Shown: piece after piece, positions 1-8,151 of the stretch
How the letters are laid out: each line of letters starts with the position of its first letter
How positions within the stretch are numbered: position 1 is the first letter of the stretch
Notes under the pieces: model-generated
What the model saw: only the letters and a program-made list of their open reading frames with translations
Databases searched by the model: none
Told to the model about the DNA's origin: nothing
Position numbers and translations under genes: made by a program
Assembly (NCBI GenBank): GCA_964461025.1
Contig: CAYWSE010000007.1
Span: 1,260-65,259, forward strand
DNA length: 64,000 bases
Direction of reading: 5' to 3'
Source of the DNA: an uncultured Sphaerobacteraceae bacterium
GTDB taxonomy: Bacteria > Chloroflexota > Chloroflexia > Thermomicrobiales > UBA6265

Positions 1-1172
1 ATCGCATGCGTCGGTTCTGGGCCGGGGATGATTCCCTCCGACCGGGCAAAAGTGATCGCCGCTTCGAATGCAGCCCGTTGCTTTACCGCGCGGGCCTCGA
101 GTCCACCAAGCTCGTACAGGTGACTGATGAGCGGCGCCATACCGTGATACCGCAAACCTCCCGCGTGAATCCCCGCCGGCACGAAGGTATGTCCAAGCGT
201 GTGCATCTTGACCAGTGGCGTCATGCCAATCGTGTCGCCGAAGTCGTATGCGTAGGTGCCGCGCGTGAGCGACGGGCACGCCGCCGGTTCGGCGGCGATG
301 ATGCGTGTCGAACCGCCGTCGAGCTTCGCTTTCATGAACGGCAGCACCAGACCGGCAAAGTTCGAGCCGCCCCCTGCGCACCCCACGATCACATCCGGCG
401 CGACATCCGCCATCTCCAGTTGCTTCTGCGCTTCCAGGCCGATGACGGTCTGGTGCATCAGCACATGGTTCAACACCGAACCGAGCGAATACTTGGTGCC
501 GGGCGTCGTCGCCGCATCTTCGACCGCCTCAGAAATGGCGATTCCCAATGAACCGGTCGAGTCGGGTGATTGCTCCAGAATCGCTCGTCCCGCGTTCGTG
601 TCAGGGCTGGGGCTGGCCACGCATTCAGCGCCCCACGTCTGCATCATGATGCGCCGGTAGGGTTTCTGGTCGTAGCTGATGCGAACCATGTAGACCTTCA
701 GATCGAGCCCAAACGTCGCGCAGGCCATCGCCAGCGAGCTGCCCCATTGCCCGGCTCCCGTTTCGGTCGACAACCGGGTCACGCCTTCCTGCTTGTTGTA
801 GTACGCCTGCGGAACGGCGGTGTTCGGTTTGTGACTGCCGGACGGCGAAACGCCCTCGTACTTGTACAGAATCTTGATGTTGGCGGGGAGATCGAGCGCT
901 CGCTCCAGCGCATGCGCCCGGTAGAGGGGCGTCGGTCGCCAGAGACGGTAGATGTCGCGCACAGCCTCCGGAATCTCGACTTCCCGCTCCTGGCTGACCT
1001 CCTGCATGATGATCGCCATCGGAAAGAGCGGAGCGAGATCGTCGGGACCGACCGGTTGGTGCGTACCCGGATGCAGCACCGGAGGCAACGGCGACGGCAG
1101 GTCGGGCTGGATGTTGTACCAGGCTTTGGGAAGATCGTCTTCGGTCAGGACAAACTTGGTTTGCTCGCTCAC
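1..1172 (-). CDS. trpB2: TrpB2-type tryptophan synthase beta-like PLP enzyme (COG1350-like); C-terminal end runs off the window
   Basis: Absent from the ORF track because there is no stop in the window. My minus-strand translation from GTG 1172 (GAGGG 7 nt upstream; alternative GTG 1178) reads [26 protein letters not shown]...[25 protein letters not shown]...[13 protein letters not shown]...[12 protein letters not shown]...[24 protein letters not shown] and stays open to position 1. It carries the PLP-lysine motif SGSHKPN and the GGGSN phosphate loop. Confidence 0.85.
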   Translation of the reverse strand, partial: MSEQTKFVLTEDDLPKAWYNIQPDLPSPLPPVLHPGTHQPVGPDDLAPLFPMAIIMQEVSQEREVEIPEAVRDIYRLWRPTPLYRAHALERALDLPANIKILYKYEGVSPSGSHKPNTAVPQAYYNKQEGVTRLSTETGAGQWGSSLAMACATFGLDLKVYMVRISYDQKPYRRIMMQTWGAECVASPSPDTNAGRAILEQSPDSTGSLGIAISEAVEDAATTPGTKYSLGSVLNHVLMHQTVIGLEAQKQLEMADVAPDVIVGCAGGGSNFAGLVLPFMKAKLDGGSTRIIAAEPAACPSLTRGTYAYDFGDTIGMTPLVKMHTLGHTFVPAGIHAGGLRYHGMAPLISHLYELGGLEARAVKQRAAFEAAITFARSEGIIPGPEPTHA

Positions 1173-1190
1173 ACTCACACCCTCTTCTTG

Positions 1191-1212
1191 GCGAAAAGCA
1201 ACACTCGTTGCT
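1191..1212 (-). terminator. Weak stem-loop plus U-run just upstream of the trpB2 RBS (candidate attenuator)
   Basis: The minus-sense RNA reads AGCAAC-GAGU-GUUGCU-UUUCGCC and is followed directly by AAGAAGAGGG and the GTG start. The stem is only 6 bp with 4 U. Confidence 0.25.
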
Positions 1213-1668
1213 CGATTGGCATGAGTGAAGCGTACGAAAAAGCTTGCCGCTGTGCAGCATTGTGTCAGGTGTCACCGGCTGACTGGCGCCTCGCCGATCA
1301 GGCCTGAGCCGCCATACGCGACGTAACGCACTGGTCAGACCCCGTTCGGACGCGATTCTTTCTCCGCGGCCAATCACACCAGGAAGTGATCCAGGTGTGG
1401 CGTTTCAGTGACCTTTTGACACGCGTTGTCAGCCCGGCGGAGATGTGCAAGAATCAGCCTCAGGTCCCCGCAGGATCGTCACCCTTCGAACGCTCGCGCT
1501 GAATGCAGGCATTTGGCGCTTGGGGTTTCGTGCGCCTTCCCGCATTGGCTGATCAGAGCGTCGCTTGAGCATCAGAGGTGGGAAGTGGGGCAGCAATTGG
1601 ATCGCGGCAGCGAACCATTCGGACCGGCAGTGCTGGCCGGCATCGGACTGGGACGACACAGTGGGGCG

Positions 1669-2772
1669 GTGGCGGAAGCCGAAATACCGGCCCCGGTGCA
1701 GAAAAAACTCAGCCTGCCCAGGCATCTGACCCGCCCTCTCGACGTCATCGACTTCGCGCACCCAACCGAGCAGGACCTCGCCCGCGTCTTTTCGTACTAT
1801 CGGGTGAGCTGGATCTACGAACCGACCACATTCCATCTCGAAGTCGACGAAGCGGGCCGACCCACCGAGCAGGTTTGCCCCGATTTCTACCTGCCCGACC
1901 ACGATCTCTACATCGAGCTGACCACGATGCGGCAGGCTCTGGTCACACGCAAGAATCGCAAGATTCGGCGTCTGAAAGAGGCATTTCCGTCGCTCCACAT
2001 CAAGCTCCTCTACCGCAAGGACTACGATCGGCTGATGGGATCGGTGTTTGGCTCGAATGGTCACGCCGTGACGCCATATCCCGGCAAGCCGATCGTCAGC
2101 GAACGGCAGCTGGAGCAACGGATTCGGGTGCTGGCGAGTGACATCGCCGCCGATCAGCAGAGCGAGCGACGGGAACCTCCCTGCTGGGGCCGCATGACGA
2201 GCAATGACTCGCAGCCGAATACACTTCAGCAGTCCCGCTTCTCCGAAGCATTCGATCCATGGGAAGCAGAGCACGATCGGGAAAGCGAGCTTTGTCTGAT
2301 CGGTCTCGGCAACGATTCGATTCCCTTCCTGACGAACCTGGAGTTCGAGCTGAAGCTGACCGGACTGATGCCACCGGTCGACATGATGACGCTGTCGCAG
2401 CCCGGACCATGCCCGGAAGGCGAAAAGGTCTGCATCGCCCGGAAGCCATCCGTGGCGGTCGAGGGACGGGACGTGGTGCTCGTCTCGGGGATCATCAGCA
2501 CCGGTTTGAATGTCGCCTTCGCGGCCGATTGGCTGCTCCGCCAGGGCGCCAGCAGCGTGCGTGTATGCACGCTCTTCGACCGGGCGGAAGCGCGCATTCT
2601 CGATGTGCCGATCTGCTGGTCGGGGTTTCAGGCGCCCCACGAGATCATCGTTGGGTTCGGTATCTCCTACCTGAATCAGTATCATGACCTTCCGGTCATC
2701 GCGCCGCTGAAAGCGCCGGCCCGTCCGAAGAACCGGGCGGTCAGAAGCGAGCAGCTGCACGAGCATCCGTGA
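1669..2772 (+). CDS. Fusion protein: PD-(D/E)xK-like N-terminal domain plus HPRT-like phosphoribosyltransferase domain with substituted catalytic residues
   Basis: ORF track 1426..2772. The first ~80 codons are Arg/Cys-rich and not protein-like, so I start at in-frame GTG 1669; the true start lies somewhere in 1426-1740. The N-terminal part, YEPTTFHLEVDEAGRPTEQVCPDFYLPDHDLYIELTT, resembles an E..PDF..IExK nuclease core with T in place of K. The C-terminal ~210 aa align by eye with E. coli Hpt (LCLIGLGNDSIPFL, DVVLVSGIISTGLNV, CTLFDRAE, GFQAPHEIIVGFGISYLNQYHDLPVIAPL). The catalytic positions differ: VEDIID->VSGIIS, LLDKP->LFDRA, IPDEF->APHEI, GIDY->GISY. Confidence 0.7.
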   Translation: MAEAEIPAPVQKKLSLPRHLTRPLDVIDFAHPTEQDLARVFSYYRVSWIYEPTTFHLEVDEAGRPTEQVCPDFYLPDHDLYIELTTMRQALVTRKNRKIRRLKEAFPSLHIKLLYRKDYDRLMGSVFGSNGHAVTPYPGKPIVSERQLEQRIRVLASDIAADQQSERREPPCWGRMTSNDSQPNTLQQSRFSEAFDPWEAEHDRESELCLIGLGNDSIPFLTNLEFELKLTGLMPPVDMMTLSQPGPCPEGEKVCIARKPSVAVEGRDVVLVSGIISTGLNVAFAADWLLRQGASSVRVCTLFDRAEARILDVPICWSGFQAPHEIIVGFGISYLNQYHDLPVIAPLKAPARPKNRAVRSEQLHEHP

Positions 2773-3461
2773 CGATCGGTCGATTCTCCGGCGGTCGCGA
2801 CACGCCATTCTTCTGGTGGGGAACCGAGCAACGCGCCGGACCACACCCCGATCTGGAAACGCTCATTCAGTCGCAGTTCATCACTGAAGTCGGCGCGACA
2901 CTCCTGCTCGATCTGATCGGGGCAGGACTTTCACTCGTCGTTGTCTCCGAAGCCAGCGGGGCAGGGAAGTCCTCACTCCTGGCGGCGCTGTTGGCCGAAG
3001 TGCAGACCGATCGACAGCGGATCTATCTGCGCGGCAACTACGAGACGTTCGAATTCCTCCGCACGACACCACCGAACGAGACCATGTTGATGGTCAATGA
3101 GATCAGCGCGCACTTGCCCGCCTATCTCTGGGGACCGCCGGTAACCGCGCTCTTCGAAGCGAAACGGACCGGCTATCAGGTGCTCGCGACCGCTCACGCC
3201 GCCAGTGCCGCTGCTCTCCTGCATATGCTGACAACCGCCCCCTTGCGCGTGCCCCAGTCACTGGTCAACATGCCGACGATCGTTGTCGTGCTCGCCTCCC
3301 CAACGAACCCCGATGATAAACGTCGCGGCTTCATGGCACTCACCGGCATCCGACCGGGTGCAACGCCCGAGTCGACCATGATCGAGCCAATCATCGGATT
3401 CGACGGCGAAGTCTCACGCGAAGCAGTCGCTCGAATGCTCGAAATTAATGGTGGAGGGTAG
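2769..3461 (+). CDS. Minimal VirB11/CpaF/PilT-type secretion-NTPase-like P-loop ATPase (230 aa)
   Basis: The GTG start overlaps the upstream stop (GTGA at 2769-2772). Motifs: Walker A SEASGAGKSSLLAALL, Walker-B-like TMLMVNEIS, His-box-like GYQVLATAHAASAAALLHML. Motif order matches the C-terminal ATPase core of type II/IV secretion NTPases, but there is no N-terminal domain. Confidence 0.7.
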   Translation: MTIGRFSGGRDTPFFWWGTEQRAGPHPDLETLIQSQFITEVGATLLLDLIGAGLSLVVVSEASGAGKSSLLAALLAEVQTDRQRIYLRGNYETFEFLRTTPPNETMLMVNEISAHLPAYLWGPPVTALFEAKRTGYQVLATAHAASAAALLHMLTTAPLRVPQSLVNMPTIVVVLASPTNPDDKRRGFMALTGIRPGATPESTMIEPIIGFDGEVSREAVARMLEINGGG

Positions 3462-3542
3462 ATGGTAGATAGTAGATGGTAGATGGCAGATGACCAACCA
3501 TGCTGCGATCTACCATCTACCATTCACTATCTACTATCAACT
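3457..3542. repeat. Inverted arrays of five 7-bp repeats, (GGTAGAT)5 - 16 nt - (ATCTACC)5, an imperfect 35-bp-arm palindrome
   Basis: Left arm 3457-3491: GGTAGAT GGTAGAT AGTAGAT GGTAGAT GGCAGAT. Spacer 3492-3507. Right arm 3508-3542: ATCTACC ATCTACC ATTCACT ATCTACT ATCAACT. The array starts inside the stop codon of the upstream ATPase gene and is AT-rich relative to the window. A further tandem CTACGAC CTACGAC lies at 3552-3565. Confidence 0.9.
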
Positions 3543-3661
3543 GCCCACGGTCTACGACCTACGACTTCCAACCCATCGCGTATCCTTCTTCGGCGGGGCT
3601 TTGCCGCCGCCATGCTTCCCCACAGAGACACGATCGCGGTCTCTCATCCTGAGGACACCAG

Positions 3662-5092
3662 ATGACCACCCCTTCACGCAAGAAAACCTCCGGTTCGACC
3701 GAACGACCCGCCACGCTCGGTGAATTGATTCAAAGTGGATACACCAGCCGCACCGTCCGCGAGGAGATGCGCTCGAACCTGATCGCCGCGCTGCGAAAAG
3801 GCGAGAGTCTCTTTCCGGGCGTCGTCGGCTACGAGCAGACCGTCATTCCAGCGATCGAGAACGCCATCCTCTCGGGCCAGGACATCATCTTTCTCGGCGA
3901 ACGCGGTCAGGCCAAGACCCGGCTGGCCCGCAGTATGACGGCGCTCCTCGATGAGTGGATACCGATTGTCGAAGGCTCGGAGATCAACGACGATCCGCTT
4001 GCGCCAGTCTCCCGATTCGCGCGCGACCTGATTGCCGAGCGCGGCGAAACGACGCCCGTCGACTGGGTGCATCGCGACCGGCGCTACGGGGAGAAACTGG
4101 CGACGCCGGACACGACGATCGCCGACCTGATCGGCGAAGTCGATCCGATCAAGGTCGCCGAGGGCCGCTATCTGAGCGATGAGCTGACGATTTCCTACGG
4201 TCTGATCCCTCGCACCAACCGGGGCGTTTTCACATTGAACGAGCTGCCCGATCTGGCCGAGCGGATTCAGGTCGGGTTGCTCAACATCATGGAAGAGCGT
4301 GACGTGCAAATCCGCGGCTACAAGATTCGGCTGCCGCTCGATGTTCTCGTCGTCGCGTCGGCGAACCCTGAGGACTACACCAACCGGGGCCGGATCATCA
4401 CGCCGCTCAAGGATCGCTACGGGTCACAGATTCGCACCCACTACCCGGAAACAATCGATCTCGAGATGGAGATCATGGACCAGGAGCGGACCCATTTCGG
4501 CACCGAGGGCATCACCGTCGAAACACCCGATTTCATGAAGGAAATCGTGGCTGAGGTCACCCATCAGGCGCGGCGCTCGCAGGATGTCTCGCAGCGATCG
4601 GGCGTGTCGGTGCGAATGAGTGTCGCCAACTACGAAAACCTGATTTCGAACGCGACCCGGCGCGCCATCCGGCTTGGCGAGAAGAGCGCGGCGCCGCGAG
4701 TTTCGGATCTCGACGCCGTCCATGCTTCGACCACGGGCAAGATCGAGTTGGAAACGCTCGGCGAGGTGCGCGAGGAGCAAGTTGTCGACCGGCTTATCGC
4801 CAACGCTATTCTGACGACCTTCAACCGGCACTTTTCGGTGCGCCAGTTCGATCAGCTGATTCAGGCATTCGAGAATGGACTGGCCGTCGAAGCATCTGAT
4901 TTCATGCCCGCCATGGACTACGTCCACCAGCTGAGCCACCTGGAGGGCATCCGCGACGCCGTCGATCACCTCGGCGTTGGCGGGAGTCCGGTCGCGGTGG
5001 CTTCAGCTGTCGAGTTCGTCCTGGAAGGACTCCATCTGAATCGCAAGCTCAACAAGGGTGGAGGCGCCGGTCCGGCCCGGTACTACCGGTAG
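3662..5092 (+). CDS. AAA+ ATPase, ChlI/BchI (Mg-chelatase subunit I)-like family
   Basis: GAGGA RBS before the ATG. Walker A is FLGERGQAKTRLARSM. The segment TNRGVFTLNELPDLAERIQVGLLNIMEERDVQIRGYKIRLPLDVLVVASANPEDY aligns by eye with the ChlI segment ANRGILYVDEVNLL...VLVGSGNPEEG. Walker B is LNE rather than VDE. Confidence 0.8.
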   Translation: MTTPSRKKTSGSTERPATLGELIQSGYTSRTVREEMRSNLIAALRKGESLFPGVVGYEQTVIPAIENAILSGQDIIFLGERGQAKTRLARSMTALLDEWIPIVEGSEINDDPLAPVSRFARDLIAERGETTPVDWVHRDRRYGEKLATPDTTIADLIGEVDPIKVAEGRYLSDELTISYGLIPRTNRGVFTLNELPDLAERIQVGLLNIMEERDVQIRGYKIRLPLDVLVVASANPEDYTNRGRIITPLKDRYGSQIRTHYPETIDLEMEIMDQERTHFGTEGITVETPDFMKEIVAEVTHQARRSQDVSQRSGVSVRMSVANYENLISNATRRAIRLGEKSAAPRVSDLDAVHASTTGKIELETLGEVREEQVVDRLIANAILTTFNRHFSVRQFDQLIQAFENGLAVEASDFMPAMDYVHQLSHLEGIRDAVDHLGVGGSPVAVASAVEFVLEGLHLNRKLNKGGGAGPARYYR

Positions 5093-5128
5093 TCCCAACA
5101 AGCGCCTCCGCCGTCAGGAAACCACGTC

Positions 5129-7168
5129 ATGTCCCGATTTGACCGCACTCGCTATACCCGCTGGGACGGCACCCAGCTTCTCAATCCGGTCGATGCGAAC
5201 GATCTGATGAACGCCATGTCGGAGGAATTGATCCGCGACGGCGATCTGATGAACGCATTGCGGAGGCTCTTCTGGGAGGGCGTCGAACGTCCGGACGGCG
5301 AGCGGATGCCCGGTCTGCGCGAGCTGATGAATCGTCTGCGGCAGGAACGTCAGCAGCAGCTCGGTCGCTACGATCTCGGCTCGATTCTCGACGACATCCG
5401 CGAGCAGATCAAAGAGATCGTCGAGACCGAACGAGCGGGAATCCAGCGCCGGTTGGATGAGGCTGGCAGCCGGCAGCAGGCAGAGACCGAGGACTCGGAC
5501 GATGCCCTCGACGAGGACTCGCTACGGCAGATACTCGAATCGATGGCGGCGAAGAAACGCGATCAGCTAGACGCGCTGCCCAGCGATCCAGCCGGGGCGA
5601 TTCGCGGGTTGCAGGAGTACGATTTTCTCGACCCCAATGCCCGGGCGAAGTTCGAGGAACTCGTTGCCCAGCTGCAACAACAGATCATGCAGCAGACCTT
5701 TCAAGGCATGCAGCAAGCGCTCTCCGAAATGACGCCCGAGCAGGTGGCGTCGATGCGCCAGATGATGCAGGACCTGAACGAGATGCTCGAAGCGCAGGCG
5801 CGCGGCGAGACGCCCCAGTTCAACGAGTTCATGCACAAATGGGGGCATTTCTTCGGACCCGATGTGCAAACGCTCGACGACCTGATCGAGCGGATGCGTC
5901 AGCAGAGCGCCGCCATGCAGCAGCTGATGGACAGCATGAGCCTCGATCAGAAGAACGAGTTGCAGTCGCTCATGCAATCGGTGATGCAGGACCCGGGCAT
6001 GCAGCAGGAAATGGCAAGGCTGCAGCAGAACCTCGGACAGATGATGCGACCGGACGACTGGCGCCGCGCCTATGACTTCTCCGGCAGCGAATCGCTGACG
6101 CTGCACGAAGCGATGCGCATGATGGATCGCCTCGACGATCTCGATTCGCTCGAACAGCAGCTGCGAGAAGTACGCGACTGGTCGGATTTCGCCAATCTCG
6201 ATCAGGAGAAGATCGAGGATTTGCTCGGCGAGGAGTACCGCGAGCAGCTCGATCAGCTCGGCCAGATGGCGAAAGTGCTGGAAGAGGCAGGACTGGTGCG
6301 CAAGACGCGGCGAGGCTACGAGCTGACGCCGCAGGGAGTCCGGAAAATTGGCGAAAAAGCGCTGAGCGACATCTTCGCCCAGTTGAGCCGCGACCGCATC
6401 GGCCAGCATGAAATCAGCCGCTCAGGCGGCGCCGGTGAGCGGATCGATGTCTCCAAGCCCTACGAGTTCGGCGATCCATTCCTGCTCGATCTCGAAGCGA
6501 CGGTGATGAACGCCGTGCAACGGGAAGGAGCAGGGGCGCCGGTCAAGCTCCTGCCGGGCGACTTCGAGGTCTACCGCACCGAGCACGTGACCCGCTCTTC
6601 GACCGTCCTGATGATCGACATGAGCCGCTCGATGTTCTATTCGGACAGCTTCACCGCGGCCAAACGGATCGCGCTGGCTCTCGACTCCCTGATTCGCAGC
6701 AAGTACCCGCGCGATTCACTCGACATCATCGGTTTTTCATACATGGCCGAAGTGCTCAAACCCGCAGATCTGCCGACGCTGACATGGAACGAGTTCCAGT
6801 ACGGAACGAACATGCAGCACGGTTTCCAGATGGCGCGTGAGCTGCTGGGTCGCCAGAAAGGGACGAACCGCCAGATCATCATGATCACCGATGGCGAACC
6901 GACCGCTCACATCGAGAACGGCGAATTCTTCTTTCACTGGCCGCCGATGCCGCAAACGTTTCAGGAGACGTTGCGCGAAGTGATCCGCTGCACGCGCGAC
7001 GGCATCAAGATCAACACTTTCATGCTGGAACGGTCGCCCTATATGATCCAGTTCGTCAACGACCTGATGCGGATCAACCATGGTCGCGTCTTCATGGCCC
7101 AACCCGACCAGCTCGGTGAATACATCCTCGTCGACTACGTGGCGAACAAGCGAAAGCTCGTCAATTGA
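5129..7168 (+). CDS. Large VWA (von Willebrand factor A) domain protein with a Met/Gln-rich coiled-coil middle
   Basis: C-terminal MIDAS-type VWA domain: VLMIDMSRSMFYSDSF...IIGFSYMA...IIMITDGEPTAH. The middle ~200 aa is rich in Q/M/E/L (QQQIMQQTFQGMQQALSEM...MQQLMDSMSLDQKNELQSLMQSVMQDPGMQQEMARLQQNLGQMM). It starts 37 nt downstream of the AAA+ gene. Confidence 0.85.
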   Translation: MSRFDRTRYTRWDGTQLLNPVDANDLMNAMSEELIRDGDLMNALRRLFWEGVERPDGERMPGLRELMNRLRQERQQQLGRYDLGSILDDIREQIKEIVETERAGIQRRLDEAGSRQQAETEDSDDALDEDSLRQILESMAAKKRDQLDALPSDPAGAIRGLQEYDFLDPNARAKFEELVAQLQQQIMQQTFQGMQQALSEMTPEQVASMRQMMQDLNEMLEAQARGETPQFNEFMHKWGHFFGPDVQTLDDLIERMRQQSAAMQQLMDSMSLDQKNELQSLMQSVMQDPGMQQEMARLQQNLGQMMRPDDWRRAYDFSGSESLTLHEAMRMMDRLDDLDSLEQQLREVRDWSDFANLDQEKIEDLLGEEYREQLDQLGQMAKVLEEAGLVRKTRRGYELTPQGVRKIGEKALSDIFAQLSRDRIGQHEISRSGGAGERIDVSKPYEFGDPFLLDLEATVMNAVQREGAGAPVKLLPGDFEVYRTEHVTRSSTVLMIDMSRSMFYSDSFTAAKRIALALDSLIRSKYPRDSLDIIGFSYMAEVLKPADLPTLTWNEFQYGTNMQHGFQMARELLGRQKGTNRQIIMITDGEPTAHIENGEFFFHWPPMPQTFQETLREVIRCTRDGIKINTFMLERSPYMIQFVNDLMRINHGRVFMAQPDQLGEYILVDYVANKRKLVN

Positions 7169-8072
7169 CCTGCCTGGCGCTGTTGTGCAAGCGACGCGAT
7201 GGCCACCGTGCCGGCGCCACCAACACGACCAGCCCGACGAAGAGAAGCGCCGCGCCCATCCACTGAAGGGGAGCCAGCTTCTCGTCCAGCCATGCAACGC
7301 CAAGGAGGGTGGCCGTCAGCGGCTCCATCAACGTGAGCGTTGCTGCCGTGGCGACTGGCACCAGCGTCAACCCGAGCCCGAAGAAGAAGTAGGGAAGCGC
7401 ATTCGTCCCCAGCCCGAGATAGAGCGCCACGGCCGCGCCTCGCGGTTCGAGAATCCACTCCCAGTCTCCTGCGAAAAAGAGGGGAAGGAGGATCAGCGCT
7501 GCGCCAGTGAACACCGCAGCCGTGACATCGACCGCGTCATGACCGAGACCGATCATCCGTTTGCTTGCCGTGACATACACCGCGTAGCCCGCGCCGCCCA
7601 GCACACCAAGCAGCAGGCCAGCCGGATTGCCTTCGACCGAATTCGACGTGCCGAGCACCATGAGCACCGCTCCGGCGATTGCCAGCAACGTCGCGATGAC
7701 CCAAATCCGGCCGGGGTGCTCGTGCAGGAACCTCGCTCCAAGTAATCCGGTGAACACGGGAGCCACGCCAATTGTCAGAACCGTGCTGACCGCGACTCCG
7801 GCATGCTCGATCGCGGTGAAGAACGCGAGCTGCCCGCCTGCCACGCCCATCGCACCGATAGCGATCAGCAACCATGGCGTGGAAAGGTGGCGTGGACCAT
7901 GGTTTCGGACGAGCGCGACGAACAGAAGTCCCAGCGCACCAAGAATCACCCGCACCGAGCCAATCGACAACGATGTTGCGGAATCGGGGGCGTACGTGCT
8001 AGCTGTGCCCGACGTTCCCCAGCAGATCGTGGCGAACAGCACCAGCGCAACTCCACGACCCATCCGTTGCAT
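7161..8072 (-). CDS. EamA/DMT-family transporter
   Basis: 303-aa polytopic membrane protein with two EamA-like halves (ATICWGTSGTAS..., LGVLGGAGYAVYVTASKR...). It converges on the VWA gene with an 8-nt overlap. Confidence 0.8.
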   Translation of the reverse strand: MQRMGRGVALVLFATICWGTSGTASTYAPDSATSLSIGSVRVILGALGLLFVALVRNHGPRHLSTPWLLIAIGAMGVAGGQLAFFTAIEHAGVAVSTVLTIGVAPVFTGLLGARFLHEHPGRIWVIATLLAIAGAVLMVLGTSNSVEGNPAGLLLGVLGGAGYAVYVTASKRMIGLGHDAVDVTAAVFTGAALILLPLFFAGDWEWILEPRGAAVALYLGLGTNALPYFFFGLGLTLVPVATAATLTLMEPLTATLLGVAWLDEKLAPLQWMGAALLFVGLVVLVAPARWPSRRLHNSARQVN

Positions 8073-8151
8073 TCCTCGGTCGTGGGAGAGCGCCCAGACA
8101 TAGCGAAATCAGATGGCGAATCCTACATCGCCATGCGGTCTGTCGCTGAAT

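Noticed and set aside
6-1377. ORF-track entries 6..551(+), 256..660(+), 570..1307(+), 625..1377(-) and 952..1224(+)
   Set aside because: All are Arg/Ala/Pro-rich with no motifs. They overlap the minus-strand frame that translates into a convincing TrpB2 protein, so they are high-GC shadow ORFs.
3457-3542. Possible CRISPR array
   Set aside because: The units are 7 bp, contiguous and without spacers, and are arranged as an inverted pair. No cas genes are in the window.
3483-3723. ORFs 3483..3665(+), 3490..3723(+) and 3194..3523(-) across the heptamer region
   Set aside because: Their sequences (..YHLPFTIYYQLPTVYDLRLP.., ..STIHYLLST..) are simply the 7-bp repeats read in frame. They have no RBS and no protein-like core.
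8073-8151. Hairpin ATGGCGA-N8-TCGCCAT between eamA and the phosphoesterase gene as a terminator
   Set aside because: It is only 7 bp with a poor U-run, which is too weak to list as a feature.
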